A stretch of DNA of 45,927 bases, taken from assembly GCA_018970465.1 (NCBI GenBank), contig JAGWWI010000004.1:1-45927 (forward strand), in the 5' to 3' direction. Both the position numbers and the translations under genes were made by a program. The notes below the pieces were generated by a model that was not told the DNA's origin, did not search any database, and saw nothing but the letters and a program-made list of their open reading frames with translations. This DNA is from Patescibacteria group bacterium (GTDB lineage Bacteria > Patescibacteriota > Minisyncoccia > Phycocordibacterales > Phycocordibacteraceae). Of the stretch, positions 36,353 through 45,432 are shown piece by piece; the first letter of the stretch is position 1, and each line of letters starts with the position of its first letter.

Positions 36353-36392
36353 GAGTTGCGGCGAATGGGGCGTATGGTACCATACGGCGACT

Positions 36393-36635
36393 ATGGCACG
36401 CGCCTGCGCGATCACTGGCAAAGCGACCCTCGTCGGGGGCCGCTACAGCAACCGCGTCCGCGCGACGCAGTTCAACGCGACCGGCAAGGTCCGCCGCAAG
36501 GCCAACCTCCAGCGCCGTCGCATCTACGTCCCCGAGCTCGGCAAGACCATCATCGTCGACGTCTCGACGAAGGGGCTCCGCTCGATCAAGAAGCAGGGCC
36601 CGCGCGCCGCGCTCAAGAAGGCGGGCGTTATCTGA
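36393..36635 (+). CDS. rpmB: 50S ribosomal protein L28
   Basis: MARACAITGK...RRKANLQ...VSTKGLRSIKK. Confidence 0.93.
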   Translation: MARACAITGKATLVGGRYSNRVRATQFNATGKVRRKANLQRRRIYVPELGKTIIVDVSTKGLRSIKKQGPRAALKKAGVI

Positions 36636-37101
36636 TCGTCGTCGACCCGAGGTCGAACGTGCGGCCCGCGTAGGTAAGAAGAAGTCCCGCCCCCGGCGGG
36701 ACTTCTTGTATCGCGACTCCTGCGGCGCGCGCGGCCGCCGTAAGCGCGGCCTCGCGCGCCGGCGTCGCGCTGCCGCTCCGCACGAGGAGCGCCCCCACTC
36801 GGTAGCGCGCGAGCACGAATGGCGCGCCGCCCGCGACAGCCGCGCTCTCGTCCGGCAAGACGAGCGCGTCGATGTGTCGCCCCCAGAAGGGGAGCGCTTC
36901 GCCTAAGGCGCGCGCGATGCTCGCATCCTTCCCTGCGCCGACAAGGACGACGCGCCCGTTCGGGAGCCGGACGAGGCTCGCACTCCCCTGCCCTGCCGCG
37001 AGCGCCTCGACGCCAAGCGGCGCGCGGACGAACGCGCTCCCCAGATACGCGAGGACGCCGACGAGGATCACGAAGGCGATGAGGAGCACGCGAGTGGTCA
37101 C
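36628..37101 (-). CDS. Degenerate, truncated ComEC-type metallo-beta-lactamase domain protein
   Basis: TM, then AGQGSASLVRLPNGRVVLVGAG (cf. DVGQGD...LIDGG) and IDALVLPDESAAVAGG (cf. THxxxDHIGG); 157 aa; own TAGAAT -10 box. Confidence 0.7.
   Translation of the reverse strand: MTTRVLLIAFVILVGVLAYLGSAFVRAPLGVEALAAGQGSASLVRLPNGRVVLVGAGKDASIARALGEALPFWGRHIDALVLPDESAAVAGGAPFVLARYRVGALLVRSGSATPAREAALTAAARAAGVAIQEVPPGAGLLLTYAGRTFDLGSTTIR
36679..36707 (+). terminator. Probable rpmB terminator inside the opposite-strand ORF
   Basis: AAGAAGTCCCGCC-CCC-GGCGGGACTTCTT, perfect 13-bp stem 43 nt after the rpmB stop. Confidence 0.6.
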
Positions 37102-37139
37102 TCACGCATTCTACCGGCAGGCCGTGCTAGAGTGGCGGC

Positions 37140-37739
37140 ATGAAGACGTACACCGCGCGAACATTCGACCTCCCGGCCCTTGAAGGGATCTCGGAGGATC
37201 AGGTCAAGGTCCACCTCGGGCTCTACGAGGGCTACGTGAAGCATGTGAATCTCATCCTTGAGCAGATCGAGAAGCTCAAAGAGAGCGGCACCGAGCCGTA
37301 CGTGATCGCCGAACTCCGCCGCCGGCTCGCCTTCGAGTTCGACGGCATGCGGATGCACGAGTATTACTTCGACCAGTTCGTGGGCGAAGCTGGCGGCAGC
37401 CCCGACTCTGCGCTCGCCAAAGCCGCCGTCGAGAAGTATGGCAGCGGCGAGAACTTCGTCGCGCATATCAAGGAGGTCGCGGGTACGCGCGGGATCGGCT
37501 GGGTGATCGTCTACTGGGATGCGGTGGCCGAGAGTCTCCACACGAGCTTCGTCGGCGACCACGAGCTCGGCCAGCTCGCGGGGCTCCCGATCATCCTCGC
37601 CCTCGACCTTTGGGAGCACGCCTACATGGTCGACCGGCGTCCGGCAGACAAGCCCAAGTATATCGACGCCTTCTTCGCGAATCTCAAGTGGCCGGTCGTC
37701 GAGGCGCGCTTCGACAAGGCGATCGCGAGCGCCGCATAG
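37140..37739 (+). CDS. Fe/Mn superoxide dismutase family protein
   Basis: Metal ligands in VHLGLYEGYV, MHEYYF and DLWEHAY; GIGW. Confidence 0.9.
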   Translation: MKTYTARTFDLPALEGISEDQVKVHLGLYEGYVKHVNLILEQIEKLKESGTEPYVIAELRRRLAFEFDGMRMHEYYFDQFVGEAGGSPDSALAKAAVEKYGSGENFVAHIKEVAGTRGIGWVIVYWDAVAESLHTSFVGDHELGQLAGLPIILALDLWEHAYMVDRRPADKPKYIDAFFANLKWPVVEARFDKAIASAA

Positions 37740-39151
37740 GCGAGCGGCACGAACGCCGGGGGGAACGCGCCGATCGTATACGCCGCGCCTGGGAGCGCGG
37801 CGAATGCGCGCGCCAGGAGGATCAGGCATTCGGCAGCAAGGTACGCGGGCACTCCCGCGATGAACGCGAGCGCAGGCCAAAGAGCGCCCGCTGAAGCGCC
37901 CACGACGCCGGCGACGAACGCCGCGCCCATCGCGAGCGGCACAACGGGCGCAGCGAGGAGGTTCGCGGGGATCGCGACGAGCGAGAGATTCCCCGTCTCG
38001 TAGAGAAGGAGCGGGAGGACGGCGAGCTGCGCCGCCACCGTCGTCGCGAGAGCGTCTTGCCAGAACGGGCTTCCGAGCCAGGCGAGGCGCGTCTCGATCC
38101 GCGGCGCGATCCAGATAAGGCCCGCCGTCGCCGCGACCGAGAGCTCGAAGGACGGATCGTAGAGCAGGAGAAGCGGGTTCGCGAGGAGCATGATGAGCAC
38201 GGTCGCCGCGAGCGCCCGCGCGGCTGCATAGCTCCGGCCGGTCGCGCGGGCGTAGAGCGCGAAGAGGGCCATCAACGCGGCGCGAAGCGCCGTGGCCGAG
38301 AAGCCGGCGACGCCGACGAACGCGAGGAGCGCGAGCGCCCCGGCGGGCGCTGCTTGCCGCCGGGGTACCCGCAAGAACGCGAGCGCGGCCATGACCCACT
38401 CGGCGACGACCATCACGTTGTAGCCCGATAGGACGACGATCTGCACGAGGCCCGTCCGCGTGAACGCGTCTTGGAGCTCGGTGCCGAGCCCGCTTTTGCC
38501 GCCCACGACGATCCCGCCCGCAAGCGAGGCGGCAGGCTCGGGCAGGGCGCGATCGAGCCCGGCAAGAAACCAGTGCTTCACCCGCGCCAAGGCGGCCGGG
38601 AGCGACCACCAGGGCGCCTCCCGCTCGACACGGACGGATCCGTATTCGACGAGCGCGGTCACGCCGCGCGCGGCGAGGTACTCGTCATACGCGAAGACAC
38701 GCCCGTTGTCGCCCGCGAACGGCTGCGGCAGGAGGAGCGTGCCGGTGACGCGCGCGCGGTCGCCGACGGCGACCGCGCTTGTTCGCGGCACCACCGCGAG
38801 CACGGTCGCGTGCGCGCTACCCTTCCCCACCGTGACCGGGATGCGCGCGGAGGCGTCGCGCAGATCCGGGTCGCCCGTAACGACGCCTTCGTATGCGACG
38901 CGCTGGCGCACGTCAGGCGCGAAGGCGGCAGGGAGCCCCGCGTGCACGAATGCGGCGCGGGCGACGCCGAGCGCCGCCGCGATGAGACAGAGGGCAGCGA
39001 GGAGATACGTGCGCCGCGGCGCGAAGCGCCACGCCCCGAGCACAAGCGCCGCGAGGAGAAGCGCGAACAGTGCGACCGATAGCCCGCCCATACGCGATGC
39101 GAGCGCGATACCGAGAGCAACGCCGGAGGCGCTGGCGGCGAGCGGGCCCAT
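37622..39151 (-). CDS. comEC: ComEC/Rec2 competence channel (OB plus Competence domains, no fused MBL)
   Basis: FAYDEYL, FTRTGLVQIVVLSGYNV, LRAALM, NP...DPSFELS, SLVAIPANLL. Confidence 0.9.
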   Translation of the reverse strand: MGPLAASASGVALGIALASRMGGLSVALFALLLAALVLGAWRFAPRRTYLLAALCLIAAALGVARAAFVHAGLPAAFAPDVRQRVAYEGVVTGDPDLRDASARIPVTVGKGSAHATVLAVVPRTSAVAVGDRARVTGTLLLPQPFAGDNGRVFAYDEYLAARGVTALVEYGSVRVEREAPWWSLPAALARVKHWFLAGLDRALPEPAASLAGGIVVGGKSGLGTELQDAFTRTGLVQIVVLSGYNVMVVAEWVMAALAFLRVPRRQAAPAGALALLAFVGVAGFSATALRAALMALFALYARATGRSYAAARALAATVLIMLLANPLLLLYDPSFELSVAATAGLIWIAPRIETRLAWLGSPFWQDALATTVAAQLAVLPLLLYETGNLSLVAIPANLLAAPVVPLAMGAAFVAGVVGASAGALWPALAFIAGVPAYLAAECLILLARAFAALPGAAYTIGAFPPAFVPLAYAALAIALSKRASTTGHLRFAKKASIYLGLSAGRRSTM

Positions 39152-39168
39152 GCACTCTAGGCTAGCAC

Positions 39169-39588
39169 CTAGCTCCCGCGGTCCATCGCCTCGTTCGCGA
39201 GGGCGTCGGCGTCTTTATTCTGCTCGCGCGGGACGTGGGTGAAGGTGACAGTGCCAAAGGCGGCTATCGCCTGCGCGAGGCGGGCCTGCTGCGCCTTCAT
39301 GTCCGGGTGCTTCACCTTCCACTCCCCCTGCATCTGGCGGACGACGAGCATGCTATCCATCTTGACCTCGACGGCCGTGTCCGTGCGCTCCGCCGGCGGG
39401 ACGAGCTCGGCGAGCGTCTCGAAGGCGCGGATCACTGCCTCGTACTCCGCATAGTTATTGGTCTGGCGGCCGAGGAACGCCGAAACCGCCCCCGCAGCGT
39501 TCCCGAGCTCGTCGCGGATGAGAGCGCCGGCACCAGCGAGGCCCGGATTCCCCCGCGCGCCGCCGTCGGCGTGAATCGTGTAGCGCAT
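39169..39588 (-). CDS. rnhA: Ribonuclease HI
   Basis: DGGARGNPG, TNNYAEY, DSMLVVRQM, HVPREQNKDADALAN. Confidence 0.92.
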   Translation of the reverse strand: MRYTIHADGGARGNPGLAGAGALIRDELGNAAGAVSAFLGRQTNNYAEYEAVIRAFETLAELVPPAERTDTAVEVKMDSMLVVRQMQGEWKVKHPDMKAQQARLAQAIAAFGTVTFTHVPREQNKDADALANEAMDRGS

Positions 39589-39595
39589 GTGCCTA

Positions 39596-41314
39596 CTATA
39601 CCGCCTCGAGGCCGACGAGCCGCAGGCGCACCGGCTGTCCGCGGGTGAAGGTGTCGCGCTCAAGGTGGGCGAGGAGGTTCGCGCGGCCGCCCGCGGCGAG
39701 GGCCTCGGCGCGCTCGACAACGGCGCCCTTCGCGAAGAAGGCGACCGCTTCGAGCGGGCGCTCGCACTCGCCGCGCGCGATCGCGATCTTGAGGTGCTCG
39801 GCGTTCTTGCCGAAGCGCGAGACGCGGAGAATCTCGGCCTCTCGGATGCGGAACAAGGGCTTCTCATTGCCCATCCCGAACGGCGCGAAACGCGCGAGCT
39901 GCGCGAGCGCTTCGAGCGTCACCTCCCGAGGCGCGAGCTCCGCGTCGGCGCGCGCCGCGCCGGCGTCCGCGACGGGCGCGTCCGCGAGGCGCTCCATCGC
40001 CGCGACGAGGCGGTCTTCGAGATCAAAGACGGCTTCAGGCGATACCGTGAATCCGCCCGAGGCCGCGTGGCCGCCGAACTCGGCGAACGCGCCCTCCGCC
40101 GCGCTCATGAGCTCGAGCGCGTGTACCGGCCCCGAGCGCACCGATCCTTTGATCGTCTGCCCGCCCTCCCGCCCCCAGAGGAACACGGGCCGCCCGTACT
40201 CCTCCGCGAGGTTCCCGGCGACGAGCCCCAAGAGCGCGGGGCGCCACTCCGGGTCGCCCATCGCGATCACGCTCCGGAGCGCGCGCTCCGCGAGGCGGGC
40301 ATGTGCGGCGCGGGTGATCGCGCCCGCCTGCCCTTTGCGCGCGCGATTCGCCGCCTCGAGGCGCTTGGCGAGCTCCTCGGCCTCGCGTTCGTCGCGGGTC
40401 GTGAAGAGCTTGAGCGCGTCATAGGCGTCGCCCATCCTCGAGGCGGCGTTCACTCGCGGGGCGATCATGAAGGCGACGTCGTCTTCCGTAATCCGGCGCT
40501 GGTCGACGCGGGCAGCGCGGCAGAGCCGGCTGAATCCGAGCCGCGGCGACTTACGCATCACGATGAGTCCGTACGTGGCGATGACGCGGTTCTCCCCCGT
40601 GAGGGGCACCATGTCCGCGATCGTCGCGAGGCCCGCGAGATCGAGGAGCCACTTCTCGGAGCCCTCCGGCACGCGCGCGCGGAGCGCTGGGTCGACGGCC
40701 AAGGTCGCGACGCAGAGCTTCCACGCGAGGCCGGCGCCGCAGAGCTCTTTGAAGGGATACGGCTCGTCGGCGCGCGCCTTCGGGTCGACGAGGGCATACG
40801 CCTCGGGCAAGGTCTCGCCCGGCAGGTGGTGGTCGGTGAGGATGACGTCCATGCCAAGCTCGCGCGCGCGAGCGACCGCGGCTACGTCGGTTATCCCGGA
40901 GTCGATCGTGATGAGCACCGTCGCGCCGCGCGCCGCGAGCTTCTCGACGCCCTCTTCGTTCACGCCGTAGCCCTCGAAGTGGCGGTGCGGGATGTAGTTC
41001 TCGAAGTCGGCGCCCGCCTTCTGCAAGAAGTCGTGCATGAGAGCGCCACCTGGCGCGCCGTCCGAGTCGTAGTCGCTCCAGACGGCGACGCGCTCGCCGT
41101 CCTTGATCGCGCGGGCGAGGCGCTCGGCGGCCTTCGGCATGTCCGCCATCAGCAAGGGGTCGTGGAGGTGGAGGTCGTAGGAGGGCGCGAAGAAGCGCGC
41201 GGCCGCCTCCTTATCCGCGAGGCCGCGGCGCGCGAGCAAGGCGGCCGTGAGGTCGTCGTATTCTGCGAGTTCCGCCCGGGTCGCGGCGTCGAGCGGATCG
41301 TGGAGCGCGAACAT
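39596..41314 (-). CDS. recJ: ssDNA exonuclease RecJ
   Basis: DYDSDG, EGYG, ITIDSG, TDHH, LCGAG, TIADMVPL, PRVNAASR, GGHAASGG, PFGMGNEKP. Confidence 0.95.
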   Translation of the reverse strand: MFALHDPLDAATRAELAEYDDLTAALLARRGLADKEAAARFFAPSYDLHLHDPLLMADMPKAAERLARAIKDGERVAVWSDYDSDGAPGGALMHDFLQKAGADFENYIPHRHFEGYGVNEEGVEKLAARGATVLITIDSGITDVAAVARARELGMDVILTDHHLPGETLPEAYALVDPKARADEPYPFKELCGAGLAWKLCVATLAVDPALRARVPEGSEKWLLDLAGLATIADMVPLTGENRVIATYGLIVMRKSPRLGFSRLCRAARVDQRRITEDDVAFMIAPRVNAASRMGDAYDALKLFTTRDEREAEELAKRLEAANRARKGQAGAITRAAHARLAERALRSVIAMGDPEWRPALLGLVAGNLAEEYGRPVFLWGREGGQTIKGSVRSGPVHALELMSAAEGAFAEFGGHAASGGFTVSPEAVFDLEDRLVAAMERLADAPVADAGAARADAELAPREVTLEALAQLARFAPFGMGNEKPLFRIREAEILRVSRFGKNAEHLKIAIARGECERPLEAVAFFAKGAVVERAEALAAGGRANLLAHLERDTFTRGQPVRLRLVGLEAV

Positions 41315-41339
41315 GTCGCACCATTGTATACTGCCGCCC

Positions 41340-41750
41340 ATGGATACCTGCCTTTTCTGCAAGATCGTCCGCGGCGAGATCCCCGCCCACACGGTGTACG
41401 AAGACGACGCGACGCTCGCCTTCCTCGATATCCACCCGGTCAATCCGGGCCATACGCTCGTGGTGCCGAAGAGGCACTCGTTCAACCTCCTCGATATCGA
41501 CCCGGCCGACTGGGCCGCGGTCGCCGAGTCGACGCGCCACGTTTCGAAGCTCGTCCATGACGTCCTCGCTGCCGACGGCATCAACCTGCAGATGAACAAC
41601 CGCGAGCACGCGGGCCAAGACGTCGACCACCCGCACGTGCACATCATCCCCCGCTACCGGGGCGACGGCCTCCCCCACTGGCGCGGCAAGTCCTACCAAC
41701 CCGGCGAAGCCGAAGAAATCATCGCAAAACTCCGCGCTGCGCACGCGTAG
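41340..41750 (+). CDS. HIT family hydrolase
   Basis: CLFCKI, GHTLVVPK, AGQDVDHPHVHIIPR. Confidence 0.95.
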   Translation: MDTCLFCKIVRGEIPAHTVYEDDATLAFLDIHPVNPGHTLVVPKRHSFNLLDIDPADWAAVAESTRHVSKLVHDVLAADGINLQMNNREHAGQDVDHPHVHIIPRYRGDGLPHWRGKSYQPGEAEEIIAKLRAAHA

Positions 41751-42914
41751 CTACAGCCCCGTCGTATTCAAAGCGGCGAGGCCGGGGAGGGTGCCTTCGG
41801 CGAGGAAGTCGAGCATCGCGCCGCCCCCCGTCGAGACGAAGGAGAAGCGCGGGATGAGCCCGAGGTTCTCGATCGAGGCGACGGTGTCGCCGCCGCCGAC
41901 GATCGAGCGGGCGCCTGAAGCGGCGACGGCGCGGGCGAGGCTGTCGGTCGCGTCGATGAAGCCCGCTTCGTAGCGGCCCAGAGGGCCGTTCCAGAGGATT
42001 GTGCGCGCCTTCCCGGCGAGGTCGGCGAGCAAGGCTTCGGTCGCGGGCCCGGCGTCGAGGATCGTCTCGTCGGCGCGGACGCCGTCCGCGCGCGCGACGC
42101 GCGCCTTCGCGCGCGCGTCGAGGTCGGCGGCCGCAGCCGCAGGCAGCGCGCGCACATCGACGGGGAGCGCGAGCTTCGGGTTCGCGAGGAGTTCACCGAG
42201 CTTCGCGGGGTCGGCCGCAGGCGAGGCGAGCGACGCGCCGATCTCCCGCCCCTCGGCCTTCAAGAAGTCGTTCGCGAGCGCCCCGCCGACGAAGACGTGG
42301 TCGTAGCGCGCGAGCAGGGTCTCGAGCACAGTCTCCTTGGTCTCGAACTTCGCGCCGCCGATGACCGCGAGCGCCGGGTGCTGCGGCGAGAGAGCCTCCG
42401 AGAGCTCGCTCACCTCCTCTTCCAAAAGGAGGCCGGCGTAGGCAGGCAGGAGGGCCGGGAGCGCCACGATCGACGCATGCTTGCGGTGGCAGGTGTCGAA
42501 GGAGTCTTGGACGAACACGTCCGCGAGGAGTGCGAGCTCTTTGGCGAATGCCGGATCGTTCGCGACTTCGCCCGGGTTGCGGCGCAAGTTCTCGAGCACG
42601 AGGACGCTCCCGCCCGAGAGAGCGCGCACCGCGTCGCGCGCCGCGGGGCCTGTCGACTCAGGGCAGAAGCTCGTGCGCGGGACGAAGCGCGCAAGCGCCT
42701 CGGCGACCGGGGCAAGGGTCTCCGTACCCTTCTCGCCGAGGTGGCTTGCGAGGACAACCTTCGCGCCATGCTCGGCAAGGAAGGTGATCGTCGGGAGCGC
42801 CTTCTTGAGCCGGTAGTCGTCGGCGACGGCGCCGTTCTCGATCGGGACGTTGAGGGGTGTCCGCACGAGGATCGGGATATTCGCGAACGCGGGGATCTGG
42901 CGAACGCTCCGCAT
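41751..42914 (-). CDS. pgk: Phosphoglycerate kinase
   Basis: LNVP, SHLG, LENLR, HRKHAS, GGAK, WNGPLG, GGGDT, STGGGA. Confidence 0.95.
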   Translation of the reverse strand: MRSVRQIPAFANIPILVRTPLNVPIENGAVADDYRLKKALPTITFLAEHGAKVVLASHLGEKGTETLAPVAEALARFVPRTSFCPESTGPAARDAVRALSGGSVLVLENLRRNPGEVANDPAFAKELALLADVFVQDSFDTCHRKHASIVALPALLPAYAGLLLEEEVSELSEALSPQHPALAVIGGAKFETKETVLETLLARYDHVFVGGALANDFLKAEGREIGASLASPAADPAKLGELLANPKLALPVDVRALPAAAAADLDARAKARVARADGVRADETILDAGPATEALLADLAGKARTILWNGPLGRYEAGFIDATDSLARAVAASGARSIVGGGDTVASIENLGLIPRFSFVSTGGGAMLDFLAEGTLPGLAALNTTGL

Positions 42915-42915
42915 G

Positions 42916-43656
42916 CTAGGCTACGGCGCGTACGAGGGCGGCGAAGGTCTCGGGCTCGACGGAGGCGTGCCCGACAAGGAACCCCGCGACGCCTGTCTCG
43001 CCTGCCAGGGCGCGGGCGTTCTCCGGCTCGACCGAGCCGCCGTAGAGGATGGCCGCGCGTGCGGCGCTCCGCCCGGGCAGGAATTCGGCGAGCACTTTGC
43101 GCAGATAGAGCGCGGTCTCGGCGAGGTCGGCGGGGGGGATCGCGTCGGCAGCAGTCTTCCCGATCGCCCAGACAGGCTCATAGGCGATGATGACGCTCGC
43201 CGCCTCCTTCGCCGTGAGCCCGCCGAGCGCGGAGGCAAGCGATTCGCGGAGCCTCGCGAGGTAGCGGCCATCTCCGTCGCGCGCCGTCTCCCCCACGCAG
43301 AGGATGGGTACGAGCTTCTGCGCGAGCGCGTGGCGGAGCTTCTCTGCGACGACGGTGTCGGTGTCGCCTGCCGCGCGCCGCTCGGAGTGGCCGACGATCG
43401 CGTAGCGCGCGCCTGCGGCGCGCACCGAGGCCGCGGTCACCTCGCCCGTCTTCGCGCCGCCGGTCGTCGCCGATACGTCTTGCGCCGCGAAGGCGACGGG
43501 CCCCGATGCGCGCGCGAGGAGACCGAGGAAGGGCGCGGGCGGCGCGAGCACGAGCTCGACCCCGCTCGTTCGCGCGAGGCGCTTCGCCGCAGAGGCGAGC
43601 GCGGCGGCCTTCGGCACGTCTTCGACATACGCCTTCCAGTTGGCGATGATGAGCAT
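42916..43656 (-). CDS. tpiA: Triosephosphate isomerase
   Basis: ANWK, GHSERR, AYEPVWAIG, LYGGSV. Confidence 0.96.
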   Translation of the reverse strand: MLIIANWKAYVEDVPKAAALASAAKRLARTSGVELVLAPPAPFLGLLARASGPVAFAAQDVSATTGGAKTGEVTAASVRAAGARYAIVGHSERRAAGDTDTVVAEKLRHALAQKLVPILCVGETARDGDGRYLARLRESLASALGGLTAKEAASVIIAYEPVWAIGKTAADAIPPADLAETALYLRKVLAEFLPGRSAARAAILYGGSVEPENARALAGETGVAGFLVGHASVEPETFAALVRAVA

Positions 43657-43677
43657 CACCGAAATCGTAGCATGGCG

Positions 43678-43701
43678 CCCGTGCGTCTCGAGACGCACGG
43701 G
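43678..43701. repeat. Perfect 24-bp palindrome upstream of tpiA
   Basis: CCCGTGCGTCTCGAGACGCACGGG between the PilB-like stop (43705) and the tpiA -10 box (43664-43669). Confidence 0.75.
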
Positions 43702-43704
43702 GCA

Positions 43705-45432
43705 CTATCCAGAGGCCGCGCGCCGCGCTTCGTCGAGTGAGGTTGCTCCGCGTGCGGCGGCGTAGATGCCTTCCTCGAGCGCCGTGAGCGTGCCGGCGCG
43801 CTTCGCTGCCTGCTCGATCGCCGGTCGACCCTGCGCCAAGACGTCGCGCACGACGGATACGTCGAGGACCTCGTGAATGCCGATCGCCCCCGCGTATCCT
43901 CCCGCAGCGAGCGGGCGGTAGAACGCGAGTGCGTCGAGCGTGGTACCGGGCGCGACGGCACCCTCTTCTTTGAGTGCCCCTAGAACGGCCGCGAACGCCG
44001 CGTCGGGCGCGACCCCCGCGCGTTCTTCTGCCGTGAGCCGGTAGGCCTCGTTCGGCCCCGCGAGCCGACGCACCAGGCGCTCGCCAAGGATAAGACGCGT
44101 CGCAGAGGCGAGCAGTGCGGGGTCGACGCCGAGCTCTATGAGGCGCGGGAGCGCGTCCGCCGCGCAGTTGGCACGGACCGTTGCGAGTACGAGGCGGCCG
44201 GCAGCGGCCGCGCTCGCGGCGAGCGCGGCCGTCTCGGCGTCGCGGATCTCGCCGATCGCGATGATGTCCGCATCGTGCCGCACGAGCGCGCGGACCCCGT
44301 TTGCGAAGGTGAATCCGGTTGCCGGGTCGACCTGCGATTGGCTTACGCGCGCCAGCTGGTATTCGATCGGGTCCTCGATCGTGGCGATGCTGACATCCGG
44401 CGCATTGAGGACGTCAAGGAGGGTGTAGAGCGTGGTCGTCTTGCCCGATCCGGCCGGGCCGGCGATCAAGACGAGCCCGCTCGTTGCGCGCAGGGCCCGA
44501 TGGACCTGCTCGAGCCCGGCGCCGTGGAATCCGATGCTCTCGAGCGTGAAGCCCTCGCTTCCAGCCCGCAAAAGGCGCAAAACGACCTTCTCGCCGAAGG
44601 CGGTCGGGAGTACGGAGACGCAGAAGGCGGTCTGCGCCCCCTCCGCCTCCATCTTGAAGCGTCCTTCCTGGGGCAGGCGGCGTTCGTCGAGCTTGAGCGC
44701 CGCGAGCGCTTTGGTGCGCGCCGCGATCGCCGGAGCCGCGCGCTTCGGCAGGCTCATCGCGTCCCGCAGGGTGCCGCCGATTCGGTAGCGCACGACAACG
44801 TCGCTCTCTGTCGGTTCAATGTGGAGATCGGAGGCTCTCTGGGCCGCCGCGTGCCGCAAGAGCGCGTCGACGATCCGTACGGCGGCGGGATCCTCCGCCG
44901 CGCGCCGCAGCTCCTGGTCGGCAAGCGTGCCTTCTGCGCTCGCCGGCGCCGAGAGCCGGGCCACCTCAGTCGCGATGATGTCGCCGAAGGCGCTCTTGAG
45001 GAGCTGCTGGTATTGCAATAGCGCCCCGCGGAGGCTCTCGCCGTCGGCGAGACGGGGCTTCAAGGATAGGCCGGCACGCTTACTCACTGCCGCGACCGCT
45101 GCCAGATCGTCGATATCGAGGAGCGCGATCTCGAGATTCTCTCCGTCCCGCTTGTAGGCGATCGCATTATGGGCGCGCGCAATCGGCTCGGGGATCAGGG
45201 AGAGCGTCGCGGCGTCGATGCGGAAGTCCTTCAACGAGACGAAGGGGATGCCGAGCACATACGCCTGGATGCGCCGCAGCGCGTCCTCGGTCAGGGCGCC
45301 GCGCGAGACGAGCAGGTCGCCCACGGAGACGCCCTTCTTGCGCGCCTCCTCAGCGGCGTCGTCGATCTCCTTCTTCGCGACGAGGCCCGAGTCGGTGATG
45401 AACTCCTTCAACTCCCCTTCTGAAACGTGCAT
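43705..45432 (-). CDS. Second GspE/PilB family ATPase with degenerate His box
   Basis: MshEN-like N-terminus, ASDLHIEP, GPAGSGKTTT, TIEDPIEY, GEIRD; His box reads GRLVLATVRAN. Confidence 0.9.
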   Translation of the reverse strand: MHVSEGELKEFITDSGLVAKKEIDDAAEEARKKGVSVGDLLVSRGALTEDALRRIQAYVLGIPFVSLKDFRIDAATLSLIPEPIARAHNAIAYKRDGENLEIALLDIDDLAAVAAVSKRAGLSLKPRLADGESLRGALLQYQQLLKSAFGDIIATEVARLSAPASAEGTLADQELRRAAEDPAAVRIVDALLRHAAAQRASDLHIEPTESDVVVRYRIGGTLRDAMSLPKRAAPAIAARTKALAALKLDERRLPQEGRFKMEAEGAQTAFCVSVLPTAFGEKVVLRLLRAGSEGFTLESIGFHGAGLEQVHRALRATSGLVLIAGPAGSGKTTTLYTLLDVLNAPDVSIATIEDPIEYQLARVSQSQVDPATGFTFANGVRALVRHDADIIAIGEIRDAETAALAASAAAAGRLVLATVRANCAADALPRLIELGVDPALLASATRLILGERLVRRLAGPNEAYRLTAEERAGVAPDAAFAAVLGALKEEGAVAPGTTLDALAFYRPLAAGGYAGAIGIHEVLDVSVVRDVLAQGRPAIEQAAKRAGTLTALEEGIYAAARGATSLDEARRAASG

